Source: Verrucomicrobiota bacterium (GTDB lineage: Bacteria; Verrucomicrobiota; Verrucomicrobiia; Limisphaerales; SXTU01). Taken from it: a stretch of DNA of 64,000 nt. How positions within the stretch are numbered: position 1 is the first letter of the stretch; the number at the start of each line of letters is the position of its first letter. Under the pieces are notes generated by a model. It saw only the letters and a list, made by a program, of their open reading frames with translations. It did no database searches and was not told where the DNA came from. Below, in pieces: positions 1 to 8,435 of this stretch. The position numbers and the translations under genes are program-made. The DNA lies in contig JACRKB010000073.1 of NCBI GenBank assembly GCA_016235545.1, forward strand, positions 25,015-89,014. The letters are read 5' to 3'.

Positions 1-1026
1 GGGCTGGCTGCGGCCGGCTACTACTTCTGGCAGGAGCGTGCGCGGTCCGCTGCGACCGCCGGCTTGGTGAACGGCAATGGCCGGATCGAGGCCACGGAGA
101 TCGACGTGGCCACCAAGCTGCCCGCGCGCGTGAAGGAGATTTTTGTGCAGGAGGGCGACTTCGTCGCCGCCGGACAACCGCTCGCCGAGATGGTGGTCGA
201 GACGCTGCTCGCGCAGCGCACGGAAGCCGAGGCGCACGCGCAGCAGGCGCACAACGCCGTCGCGAGCGCGCAGGCGCAGGTGGCGGTGTGCGAGAGCAAT
301 CTCGCGGCGGCACGCGCCGCAATCGTCCAACGCGAGACCGAACTCGCCTCGGCGCAACGCCGCCTCCGCCGCACCGAGAGCCTGCAAACCTCCGGTGCCG
401 AGCCGGAGCAGGTGCTCGACGATGCTCGCGCCGCGGTGCTCGTGACCGAGGCCGCCCGGGTCGCGGGCGTCGCGGCCGCCGCCGCTGCCGAGGCGGCGAT
501 CGACGCCGCCAAGGCGCAGGTCGTGGGCGCGCGATCAGCCGCCGCTGCCGCCGAGGCCACGATCGCGCGCATCGAGGCCGACATCCGGGACAGCCAGCTC
601 ACCTCGCCGCGCGACGGGCGCGTGCAATTCCGCATCGCCCAACCCGGGGAAGTCCTCGGCGCCGGCGGCAAGGTGCTCAACCTCGTCGACCTCGGCGACG
701 TTTACATGACTTTCTTCCTGCCCGAGACGGTCGCCGGACGCATCGCCATCGGCGCGGAGGCGCGAATCGTGCTCGACGCCGCGCCCGAATACGTCATCCC
801 CGCGCGCATTTCCTTCGTTGCGAGCACCGCGCAATTCACCCCGAAAACCGTCGAGACCGCGAGCGAGCGGCAGAAGCTGATGTTCCGCGTCAAGGCGCAG
901 ATCGACCGCGCCCTGCTTCAGCGGCATGTGAATTCGGTTAAAACCGGGCTGCCCGGCGTGGCGTGGGTGCGGCTCGATTCGTCCGTCGCCTGGCCCGCGC
1001 ACCTCGCCGTTCGCCTTCCGCAATGA
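1..1026 (+). CDS. HlyD-family membrane-fusion (periplasmic adaptor) protein, 5' end outside the window
   Basis: Frame 1 is open from nt 1 ([16 protein letters not shown]... then [38 protein letters not shown]), which reads as a TM anchor followed by a lipoyl-like hairpin. A long Ala/Gln/Glu coiled-coil segment and a C-terminal beta domain follow. The TGA at 1024-1026 overlaps the next ATG (ATGA). Confidence 0.85.
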   Translation, partial: GLAAAGYYFWQERARSAATAGLVNGNGRIEATEIDVATKLPARVKEIFVQEGDFVAAGQPLAEMVVETLLAQRTEAEAHAQQAHNAVASAQAQVAVCESNLAAARAAIVQRETELASAQRRLRRTESLQTSGAEPEQVLDDARAAVLVTEAARVAGVAAAAAAEAAIDAAKAQVVGARSAAAAAEATIARIEADIRDSQLTSPRDGRVQFRIAQPGEVLGAGGKVLNLVDLGDVYMTFFLPETVAGRIAIGAEARIVLDAAPEYVIPARISFVASTAQFTPKTVETASERQKLMFRVKAQIDRALLQRHVNSVKTGLPGVAWVRLDSSVAWPAHLAVRLPQ

Positions 1027-3758
1027 ATGCCGGCGGTGCCAGTCCCGCCGCTCCGGTGGCGCGGCTGTCCGGCGTCAGCCTGCGCTATGGCCGCACCATT
1101 GCGCTGGACGCGGTCGACCTCGAGGTGCCGGCGGACGCGGTCGTGGGCCTGATCGGTCCGGACGGCGTGGGCAAGTCGAGCCTGCTCGCCGCGCTCGCCG
1201 GGGCGCGCCGCATCCGGGACGGGGAAGTCAACGTATTCGGCGGCGACATGCGCCGCGCGCGCCATCGCGATGCCGTGGGGCCGCGCATCGCCTACATGCC
1301 GCAGGGGCTCGGCCGGAATCTTTATCCGACGCTGTCCGTCGAGGAGAACCTCCAGTTTTTCGGCCGGCTCTTCGACCAGGACGCCGACACGCGGCGGCAG
1401 CGAATCGATGCGCTGACGCAGGCGACCGGCTTGCACCCGTTTCTCGAGCGGCCGGCGGGCAACCTTTCCGGCGGCATGAAACAGAAGCTGGGCCTGTGCT
1501 GCGCGCTCATCCACGATCCCGACCTACTGGTGCTCGACGAACCGACGACCGGCGTCGATCCGCTGGCCCGCAGCCAGTTCTGGCAATTGCTCGCGCGCAT
1601 CAGGGCCGGCCGGCCCGGCATGAGCGTCGTCGTGGCGACCGCCTACATGGAGGAGGCCGACGGATTCGACTGGATCGTGGCGATGAACGCCGGCCGCGTG
1701 CTCGCGACGGGCACGCCGGCGGAGATCCGCCGCCGCACCGGCAGCGACTCGCTGGAGACGGCGTTCATCCGGCTGTTGCCCGAGGAAATCCGGCGCGAGC
1801 ACCGCCCCGTCGCGATACCGCCGCTCTCCGCCTTCGGCCACGAGGAGACCGCCATCGAGGCGAGCGGATTGACGAAGCGATTCGGCCAGTTCACCGCCGT
1901 CGACCGCGTGAGTTTTCGCATCCGTCGCGGCGAGATTTTCGGATTCCTGGGCTCGAACGGCTGCGGCAAGACCACGACCATGAAAATGCTCACCGGCCTG
2001 CTCCCGGCGAGCGAAGGCCGCGCCTGGCTGTTCGGCTCCGAGGTGAATCCGCACGATTTGGCGACGCGCCGCCGCGTCGGCTACATGTCGCAGTCGTTCT
2101 CGCTCTATTCGGAGCTTACCCTCGAGCAGAATCTCGTGCTGCACGCCCAGCTGTTCCAGGTGCCCGCCGCGCAGATCCCCGCGCGCGTCGAGGCGACGCT
2201 CGGACGTTTCGGGTTGACGGAGCGGCGCGGGGAGCTGCCGGAGAGCCTGCCGCTCGGCCTGAGGCAGCGGCTGTCGCTGGCGGTGGCGATGGTCCACGAG
2301 CCCGAGCTGCTCATTCTCGACGAGCCCACTTCCGGTGTCGATCCGGTGGCGCGCGACGTGTTCTGGCAACTGCTGATCGACCTCGCGCGCGGGAGCGGCG
2401 TCACGGTCTTCATCTCCACGCACTACATGAGCGAGGCGGAGCGTTGCGACCGTGTGTCGTTCATGCACGCGGGCCGCGTGCTGGTGAGTGACGCGCCGGC
2501 GGAGATCGTGCGCCGGCGAGGCGTGCGCACGCTGGAGGAGGCGTTCATCGCCTACCTGCGCGAGGCCGCGCCGCCCGGCGAAACGGCCGCCCCGGCGGCG
2601 CCGGCACCGGGCCGGGCACACGCGCCGCGGACGCATTTCAGCCCGCGCCGCATGCTCGGCTACGTGATCCGCGAGACGCTCGAACTCCGGCGCGATCCCG
2701 TGCGCGCCACCCTCGCGATGGTGGGCAGCATCCTATTGATGCTCATCATCGCCTACGGCCTGAGCTTGGATGTCGAGAATCTCAGGTTCGCCGTGCTCGA
2801 CCGCGACGACACGAGCCTGAGTCGGGACTACACGCTCAACCTCGCCGGTTCGCGCTACTTCGCCGAGCAGCGGCCGCTGGCGGACGAGGCCGATCTCGAC
2901 CGCCGGATGCGCACAGGGGAGTTGTCCTTGGCCGTGGAAATTCCGCCGGGATTCGCCCGCCAGATCAAGCGCGGCGCGCCGGTGCAGGTGGGGGCGTGGA
3001 TCGATGGCGCGATGCCCGCGCGGGCGGACACCGTGCGCGGCTACGTCGCCAGCCTGCATCAGCAGTGGCTCGCCGAGCAGCTGAAGAGTGCCGGCATCGA
3101 TGTCGGGGCCGGCTACTCCACAGTCGAGACGCGCTTCCGCTACAACCCCGAGGTCACCAGCCTCCCGGCGATGGTGCCCGCCGTCATCCCGCTCCTGCTG
3201 CTGATGCTGCCGGCCATGCTCACGGCGCTCGCCGTCGTGCGCGAGAAGGAGCTGGGCTCGATCGTGAATTTCTACGTCACACCCGTCACGCGCGTAGAGT
3301 TCCTCTTCGGCAAGCAATTGCCCTACGTGGCGCTGGGGATGCTCAATTACCTGCTGATGGTGCTGCTCGCCATCACGCTGTTCGGCGTGCCCCTGAAGGG
3401 CAGTTTCGCCGCGCTGACGCTGGCCGCGCTGGTCTTCGTCGGCATCTCGACGGGGCTCGGGCTGTTCGCCTCGGTCTTCACGCGCAGCCAGATCGGCGCG
3501 ATGTTCTTCACGCTCGCGGGCACGTTGCTGCCCGCGATCTCGTATGCGGGGCTGCTCGACCCTGTCTCTTCGCTGGAGGGGGCGGGGCGCATCATCGGGG
3601 AGCTGTTCCCCGCCACGCACCTGCTCACGATCAGCCGCGGGGTTTTCGCCAAGGGACTCGGTTTCGCCGAGTTGGGCGGCTCATTCTGGCCGTTGCTGCT
3701 GGCACTGCCGGCGATCTTCGGTCTGACGCTCGCGCTGCTGCCCAAACAGGAGGCCTGA
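1023..3758 (+). CDS. Fused ABC transporter with two ATPase domains plus an ABC-2 permease (RbbA-like architecture, 911 aa)
   Basis: Two Walker A motifs ([16 protein letters not shown]), two signature/Walker B pairs ([16 protein letters not shown]; [16 protein letters not shown]) and a C-terminal multi-TM ABC-2 domain. The start at ATG 1023 was chosen because it overlaps the upstream stop; the ORF track begins at 963. Confidence 0.9.
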   Translation: MNAGGASPAAPVARLSGVSLRYGRTIALDAVDLEVPADAVVGLIGPDGVGKSSLLAALAGARRIRDGEVNVFGGDMRRARHRDAVGPRIAYMPQGLGRNLYPTLSVEENLQFFGRLFDQDADTRRQRIDALTQATGLHPFLERPAGNLSGGMKQKLGLCCALIHDPDLLVLDEPTTGVDPLARSQFWQLLARIRAGRPGMSVVVATAYMEEADGFDWIVAMNAGRVLATGTPAEIRRRTGSDSLETAFIRLLPEEIRREHRPVAIPPLSAFGHEETAIEASGLTKRFGQFTAVDRVSFRIRRGEIFGFLGSNGCGKTTTMKMLTGLLPASEGRAWLFGSEVNPHDLATRRRVGYMSQSFSLYSELTLEQNLVLHAQLFQVPAAQIPARVEATLGRFGLTERRGELPESLPLGLRQRLSLAVAMVHEPELLILDEPTSGVDPVARDVFWQLLIDLARGSGVTVFISTHYMSEAERCDRVSFMHAGRVLVSDAPAEIVRRRGVRTLEEAFIAYLREAAPPGETAAPAAPAPGRAHAPRTHFSPRRMLGYVIRETLELRRDPVRATLAMVGSILLMLIIAYGLSLDVENLRFAVLDRDDTSLSRDYTLNLAGSRYFAEQRPLADEADLDRRMRTGELSLAVEIPPGFARQIKRGAPVQVGAWIDGAMPARADTVRGYVASLHQQWLAEQLKSAGIDVGAGYSTVETRFRYNPEVTSLPAMVPAVIPLLLLMLPAMLTALAVVREKELGSIVNFYVTPVTRVEFLFGKQLPYVALGMLNYLLMVLLAITLFGVPLKGSFAALTLAALVFVGISTGLGLFASVFTRSQIGAMFFTLAGTLLPAISYAGLLDPVSSLEGAGRIIGELFPATHLLTISRGVFAKGLGFAELGGSFWPLLLALPAIFGLTLALLPKQEA

Positions 3759-3761
3759 ACC

Positions 3762-4889
3762 ATGCGCCGTCTGCGCAACATCTACCGGCTCGGCGTGAAG
3801 GAATTCTGGAGCTTGGGGCGCGACCCCATGATGCTCCTGCTGATCGCCTCGGTGTTCACCTTCGGGATCTACATCGCCGCCACCGCCATGCCCGGGACGC
3901 TCAACCGCGCCCAGCTCGCCATCGTGGACGAGGACGTCTCGCCGCTCTCGGCCCGGCTCGCGGCGGCGTTCTATCCGCCGCACTTTTCGGTGCCCGCGCT
4001 CGTCGGCCGGGAAGAGGTGGATGCGGGGCTCGACGCCGGGCGGTTCACCTTCGCCCTCGACATCCCGTCCGACTTCCAGCGCGACGTGCTGGCCGGCCGC
4101 GCGCCGGCCTTGCAACTGAGCGTGGACGCCACCCGGATGCTCCAGTCCTTCTCCGGCGACGCCGCCATCCAGCAGGTCGTGCAGGGCGAGGTGAACGAGT
4201 TCGTCCAGCGCCACCGTGCCACAACCGTCCCGGCGGTCGATCTGGCGTTGCGCGTGCGCTTCAACCCCAACCTGGAGCCCGCTTGGCTCGGCGCGCTGAT
4301 GGAAGTGATCAACAACATCACCATGCTCTCCATCGTGCTGGCGGGTGCCGCGCTGTTGCGGGAACGCGAGCACGGCACGGTCGAACACCTGCTCGTCATG
4401 CCGGTGACGCCGGGCGAGATCATGGTGTCAAAGACGTGGTCGATGGGGCTCGTGGTTCTCGGGGCCTCGGCCCTCTCCCTCACCGTGGTCGTGCAGGGAG
4501 TCCTGCGGGTGCCCATCGAGGGCTCGGTGGCGCTGTTCCTTGCCGGGACCGTCCTGCACCTGTTCGCCACGACTTCGATGGGCATTTTCATGGCGACGCT
4601 CGCGCGCTCGATGCCGCAGTTCGGCCTGTTGCTGATGCTCACGCTGATCCCGCTGCAACTGCTGTCCGGCGGCTTCACTCCCCGCGAGAACATGCCGGAG
4701 ATCGTGCGCGGGATCATGCTGCTGGCGCCCACGACGCATTTCATCATGGCCGGGCAGGGCATCCTTTTCCGTGGCGCCGGCCTCGGGGTGGTCTGGCCGC
4801 AGTTCCTCGCGCTCGCCGTGATCGGCGGGGCGTTTTTCAGCCTGTCGCTCTGGCGTTTCCGCCGCGCGCTCGGCCAACTCGCGGATTGA
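3762..4889 (+). CDS. ABC-2 type transporter permease (YhhJ-like partner of the fused ABC protein)
   Basis: 375-aa ORF starting 3 nt after the previous stop. It has an N-terminal TM, a large periplasmic loop, then 5 hydrophobic helices. It is paralogous to the C-terminal half of the preceding gene. Confidence 0.85.
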   Translation: MRRLRNIYRLGVKEFWSLGRDPMMLLLIASVFTFGIYIAATAMPGTLNRAQLAIVDEDVSPLSARLAAAFYPPHFSVPALVGREEVDAGLDAGRFTFALDIPSDFQRDVLAGRAPALQLSVDATRMLQSFSGDAAIQQVVQGEVNEFVQRHRATTVPAVDLALRVRFNPNLEPAWLGALMEVINNITMLSIVLAGAALLREREHGTVEHLLVMPVTPGEIMVSKTWSMGLVVLGASALSLTVVVQGVLRVPIEGSVALFLAGTVLHLFATTSMGIFMATLARSMPQFGLLLMLTLIPLQLLSGGFTPRENMPEIVRGIMLLAPTTHFIMAGQGILFRGAGLGVVWPQFLALAVIGGAFFSLSLWRFRRALGQLAD

Positions 4890-4914
4890 CCGCCGGCGGC
4901 GGACTCCGGCTGCC

Positions 4915-5040
4915 GGAAAGCTTGCGCTCGACGCCCATCGCCTATGGCGGCGGGGACAATGCGCCCGGCGCCAACGATGGCGAGGGTGTCGTCAACCAAG
5001 CCCACTACCATCGCGCCATGCTCGCGCACGGGCACGGCGG
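4915..5040 (+). pseudogene. Orphan fragment of a GH1 beta-glucosidase gene (internal ~35 codons only)
   Basis: Translates to IAYGGGDNAPGANDGEGVVNQAHYHRAMLAHGHG, versus LAYGGGDKAPGANDGEAVVNQAYHHAMLAHGHG in the intact GH1 at 22779-24134. About 90 of 100 aligned nt are identical, with one 3-nt indel (counted by eye, 4938-5040 vs 23308-23406). There is no start codon, no catalytic motifs, and no similarity beyond the fragment. Confidence 0.6.
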
Positions 5041-5432
5041 TAGCCGAGCCATCGCACCGGCTGCTCCTCGTGCAGGGGTGCGAGCGAGACTCGACGCGGA
5101 GTTCCGGCATGTAGCTCGTGTCGTAGAACGGGCTCGACGATTGCGAACTCGCACGCCACGAGCGCGGAGCGCACGTCGGCCAGCGCGCGCTCCACGGCGC
5201 CGCGTGAATTGCAGTCGCGCGAGAGGTGCGTGAGATAGATGCGCCTCCAGCGCGGACTCGCCACGACCACGAGCAGTTCGCGCGTGGCTTCATTGGGAAC
5301 GTGGCCGTGCCGGCCGCTGATGCGCTGTTTCACGGACCAAGGGCGCTGAGTGTCCGACTCAAGGAGGCGCGGGCAGGAGTTGGCCTCGATGACGAGCTCG
5401 TCGGCGTCGCGCACGCGGACTTGGGGCGGCAC
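4992..5432 (-). pseudogene. 5'-truncated MBL-fold metallo-hydrolase remnant (C-terminal third only)
   Basis: The ORF reads ...ELVIEANSCPRLLESDTQRPWSVKQRISGRHGHVPNEATRELL...IYLTHLSRDCN. This matches the C-terminal 'E.NHD..lL...P..lK.RI.g..GHLSNe' and 'THLS..cN' blocks of YycJ-type MBL hydrolases. The N-terminal HxHxDH metal site is absent because the ORF abuts the stop of the GH16 gene (5439). Its 3' end overlaps the GH1 fragment on the other strand. Confidence 0.5.
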
Positions 5433-5438
5433 GGGAGC

Positions 5439-7043
5439 TTATTGGAGGACCCATTTCACGGCGTCGGCGATGACGTAACCATTGGCGCCGTCGTTGCGGA
5501 TGCGGACATAGCCGGTGGCGCCGGCGGTGAATGAGTAGGTGCCGAGGGAAACCCAGGCGCCGTTGTCGTTTTGCTGATTGACGGTGACGGTGTGGGTCGC
5601 GCCGGTGCCGTCGACGATGTCGATGGGGGTGTTCGAGGCGCGGTTGGCGCCGGCGGTCCAGCGGGCGTAAACGGCGTAAGAGCTGGTATGGGGAAGGGTG
5701 GGGGCGAACTTGACGGATTTGCCGCCGGCGGAGCCGGTGTTGCCGTCATGGAGGTAGTTGGCTCCGTAATAGCCGGTGGTGGAGGTGCTGGTGGTCCAAG
5801 AGCCTGTAATGGTGACGGCGGAGGAATCGGTATTGTCGACGATCGTCTCGGCGGGGCCACCTTGGACCCATTTTACGGCATCGGCGATGACGTAGCCGTT
5901 GGCGCCGTCGTTGCTGATCTGCACGATGCCGGGGAGAGAGGCGCGGAGCGGGTAGTAGGTGCCGAGGCGAACCCACGTGGCATGGTTCTGCTGCTGATCG
6001 ACGGCGAAGGAGCGGGCGTTGCCGAAGGAGTCGATGACGTCGATGGGGGTGTTCGAGGCGCGGTTGGCGCCGGCGGTCCAGCGGGCGTAAACGATATAGT
6101 TGCCGGAAGTGGCCAGGGCTGGAGTGTAGAGCACCGATTTGCCGCCGGTGACGCCGGTGTTGCCGTCGTGGAGGTAATCGGCGCCGTAATAACCGGAGTT
6201 GTAAGTGCTCGAGGTCCAGGCGCCGTTTTTGGTGATGCCCGACGAATCGGTATCATCGACGACGACTTCGGGCGGAGCGTAGTAGCGGACCCAATCGACG
6301 AGCATTTCGCTGGGGAGCAGGGTGTCGTCGATGGTGGAGTTGAACGCGATCGTAGTGAGCCAGATGTTGGCGTTGTTGTGATCGGGATAGGAGGAAATGT
6401 CGGTGGTGGAGGTCTCGACTCCGTCCAAGTAGTAGGTGACTTTGGTGGCAGTGAAGAGCGCGCCGAGGGTGTGAAAATTGGCGTGCATATCCGTGGTGTA
6501 GAGGGTGCGGGTGCCGATATTGTGCACTTCGGGAGATGGGCTCCATTTATGATAATCGGTGGTATAACGCGGGAGGTTGTTGGAGTCCTGCTCGCAGATG
6601 TCGATTTCCTGCTCGTTGGCGCCTTTGCCGGTGTCGACGCCGTTGTAGCCCATGACCCAGAAGGACGAGTGCCAGCCGGCGCCGGCTGGCACTTTGAACC
6701 GCGCCTCGTAATAGCCCTCGGCGTAACCGGCTTTGCTGATGATTCCACCGCCGGTGTAATTGTAGCTGCCGACGATCTCCTTCTTCACGGCGAGGTGGAG
6801 ATAGCCTCCGCTCACGCTGACGTTGGCGGCTTGCTGCTGGCTGTTGCCGCGAGCATCGGTGCGATAGCTCCAGGCACTGGTATCGAGGCTCGTGCCCGTG
6901 AAGTCGTCGGAAAAGGCGAGCGTGTAGCCGGAGGGAACTTGCGCGTGGACGCCGGCGGCGAGGACGGTAGCGATGCATAGTCGCGGCAGGGAAGCGAAAC
7001 GCAATACGCGCGCCAGAAGCCGGGAGGAAACGAGTGGAAACAT
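5439..7043 (-). CDS. Secreted GH16 glycoside hydrolase with two tandem C-terminal ~140-aa putative carbohydrate-binding modules
   Basis: Signal peptide MFPLVSSRLLARVLRFASLPRLCIATVLAAGVHAQ (start moved to ATG 7043; the ORF track begins at 7214). GH16 catalytic motif E-I-D-I-C-E within NEQEIDICEQD, plus the concanavalin-like block DDFTG..LDTSAW. Two repeats follow: (D.TDSS..T..G.WT.S......GYYGA.YLHDGNTG..GGKSV...P.L...S.Y.VYARWTAGANRASNTPID..D..G......V.QQ......W..LGTY........G.V.I.NDGANGYVIADAVKWV). Confidence 0.85.
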   Translation of the reverse strand: MFPLVSSRLLARVLRFASLPRLCIATVLAAGVHAQVPSGYTLAFSDDFTGTSLDTSAWSYRTDARGNSQQQAANVSVSGGYLHLAVKKEIVGSYNYTGGGIISKAGYAEGYYEARFKVPAGAGWHSSFWVMGYNGVDTGKGANEQEIDICEQDSNNLPRYTTDYHKWSPSPEVHNIGTRTLYTTDMHANFHTLGALFTATKVTYYLDGVETSTTDISSYPDHNNANIWLTTIAFNSTIDDTLLPSEMLVDWVRYYAPPEVVVDDTDSSGITKNGAWTSSTYNSGYYGADYLHDGNTGVTGGKSVLYTPALATSGNYIVYARWTAGANRASNTPIDVIDSFGNARSFAVDQQQNHATWVRLGTYYPLRASLPGIVQISNDGANGYVIADAVKWVQGGPAETIVDNTDSSAVTITGSWTTSTSTTGYYGANYLHDGNTGSAGGKSVKFAPTLPHTSSYAVYARWTAGANRASNTPIDIVDGTGATHTVTVNQQNDNGAWVSLGTYSFTAGATGYVRIRNDGANGYVIADAVKWVLQ

Positions 7044-7227
7044 GGAAACGTGGGTTGAGGTGGGTAGGGCGGGCGGGGAACGCGAGTCGCGGCGGCGATG
7101 GGCGCCGGACGGCTCCGTTTCCCATTTTACCGGCCGCAGGGTGGAGGGGCCGACTGTGTTCGCAGGCGCCCTGGGCGCGAGTCGCCGCACAGTGAAAGCG
7201 TTTACTTGCGGCAAAGCCGCAGCCCGC

Positions 7228-8271
7228 TCACAGGGCGAATTCCACCAGGGGCTGCTGGCGGGGGCGCAGGGTGCCTCCCTCGATCCAGTGGCCGTCGAAC
7301 AGCAGTTCCATGGGGTCCGCGGGCAGGCCGGTCTCGTTGCGCAGCAACTGGCCGATCACCAAATCGACGGCGTTGGCGGCGACCATGGCATGGCCAGGAT
7401 TCACGCCGGCGGCGGCGGCGCGCTCCTCTTCGAGGGAAACGACGGCAAAGCCGATTTTCTCGCCGGCCGCCCCCAACAGTCGTCGCACGGGTTCCATGTG
7501 GGTCTGGTGCGTGAGGATGATCGCGTCGGGCTTCCGTTTCTTCAGCCACGACACGATCGCGCGCGGCTCAAACTTCGCAAACTTACGCAAGGCATCCGGA
7601 GCTCGCGCGGGCTCCGGATGGTAAGCGAGAAAGGCCGCGGCATGCGTGCGGCTGGCGCGCTCATTGACGACGGTCTCCAGCAGGGCGACAGGCCGGCGAT
7701 AGCCGCGCGCGGCGAGTTCGAGCATGATCCGGCGCATCGCCATGTAGTGATAGTGGCCGGCTCGGTGCAACTCGGGGTGGCAGCGGGCGTTGCCGATGAG
7801 CGCCGCGGAGTGCCGGGTCCAGAGCATGTCGAGATCGACATGGGTGAGGCGGTCGCAGCCCGAGAACACGATGCCGGTGATGCCGCGCGCGTGGAGCACG
7901 TCGCTCAGGCGGCGCGAGGTCATGCCGGGATCGAACAGGCGGAATTCTTCGAGGAGATAGCCGCGCTCGTTTGCGCGCTGGCGCGCGCCGGCAAGGCATT
8001 GCCGGTCGAAGAGAGAGTCGAGGCGGCCCGAGTTGCGCTCAATCCAGACAAAGGCGATTTTCGTGGCCGATAGTGACACCCGCCCGGCCTTGATGTGGGC
8101 CATGAGCGCGGCGACCGCCGGGTGGGCGCGATAGCCCATTTTGTCGGCGAGTTTTCTGACGCGGTCGCGGGTGGCGGGAGGGATCTTCGGATGGTCGCGC
8201 AGCGCGTAGGAAACGGTGGAGACGGCGAGGCCGGCGGTGCGGGCGAGGGCCGTGAGTGTGCACGATTTCAT
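7228..8271 (-). CDS. LacI-family transcriptional regulator
   Basis: N-terminal HTH CTLTALARTAGLAVSTVSYALRDHPKIPPATRDRVRKLADKMGYRAHP followed by a periplasmic-binding-protein-like sugar-binding fold. Paralogous to the ORFs at 20054-21112 and 48397-49440. Confidence 0.9.
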   Translation of the reverse strand: MKSCTLTALARTAGLAVSTVSYALRDHPKIPPATRDRVRKLADKMGYRAHPAVAALMAHIKAGRVSLSATKIAFVWIERNSGRLDSLFDRQCLAGARQRANERGYLLEEFRLFDPGMTSRRLSDVLHARGITGIVFSGCDRLTHVDLDMLWTRHSAALIGNARCHPELHRAGHYHYMAMRRIMLELAARGYRRPVALLETVVNERASRTHAAAFLAYHPEPARAPDALRKFAKFEPRAIVSWLKKRKPDAIILTHQTHMEPVRRLLGAAGEKIGFAVVSLEEERAAAAGVNPGHAMVAANAVDLVIGQLLRNETGLPADPMELLFDGHWIEGGTLRPRQQPLVEFAL

Positions 8272-8286
8272 GCCGGGCGCGCAGGT

Positions 8287-8304
8287 TGGTGAACGTTTTC
8301 ACCA
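8287..8304. promoter_or_regulatory. Candidate LacI-type operator (inverted repeat TGGTGAA-CGTT-TTCACCA)
   Basis: Perfect 7-nt inverted arms around a 4-nt spacer, 16 nt upstream of the LacI start (8271, minus). It lies in the divergent region shared with the TBDR pseudogene (8436, plus). It has the same xxxGAA-CGTx-TTCxxx architecture as the sites at 18442 and 21119. Confidence 0.45.
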
Positions 8305-8435
8305 AAGCAATGATTTCCTTGTCCGGCCTTTCCCATCACTCACTGCCCACCTTCGTTCCTAACCGATTCGCCGGTTGCCTCAGGGCGGGATAGTTCCCTG
8401 CTGTGCGGCCGGCGATTTCCAACCCCGACACCCCC

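Noticed and set aside
2996-4900. 745-aa ORF 2996-5233 in an alternative frame over the ABC genes
   Set aside because: It is an out-of-frame read-through of the two ABC-2 permease regions with no motifs. Only its last ~40 codons are meaningful; those are the GH1 relic reported separately.
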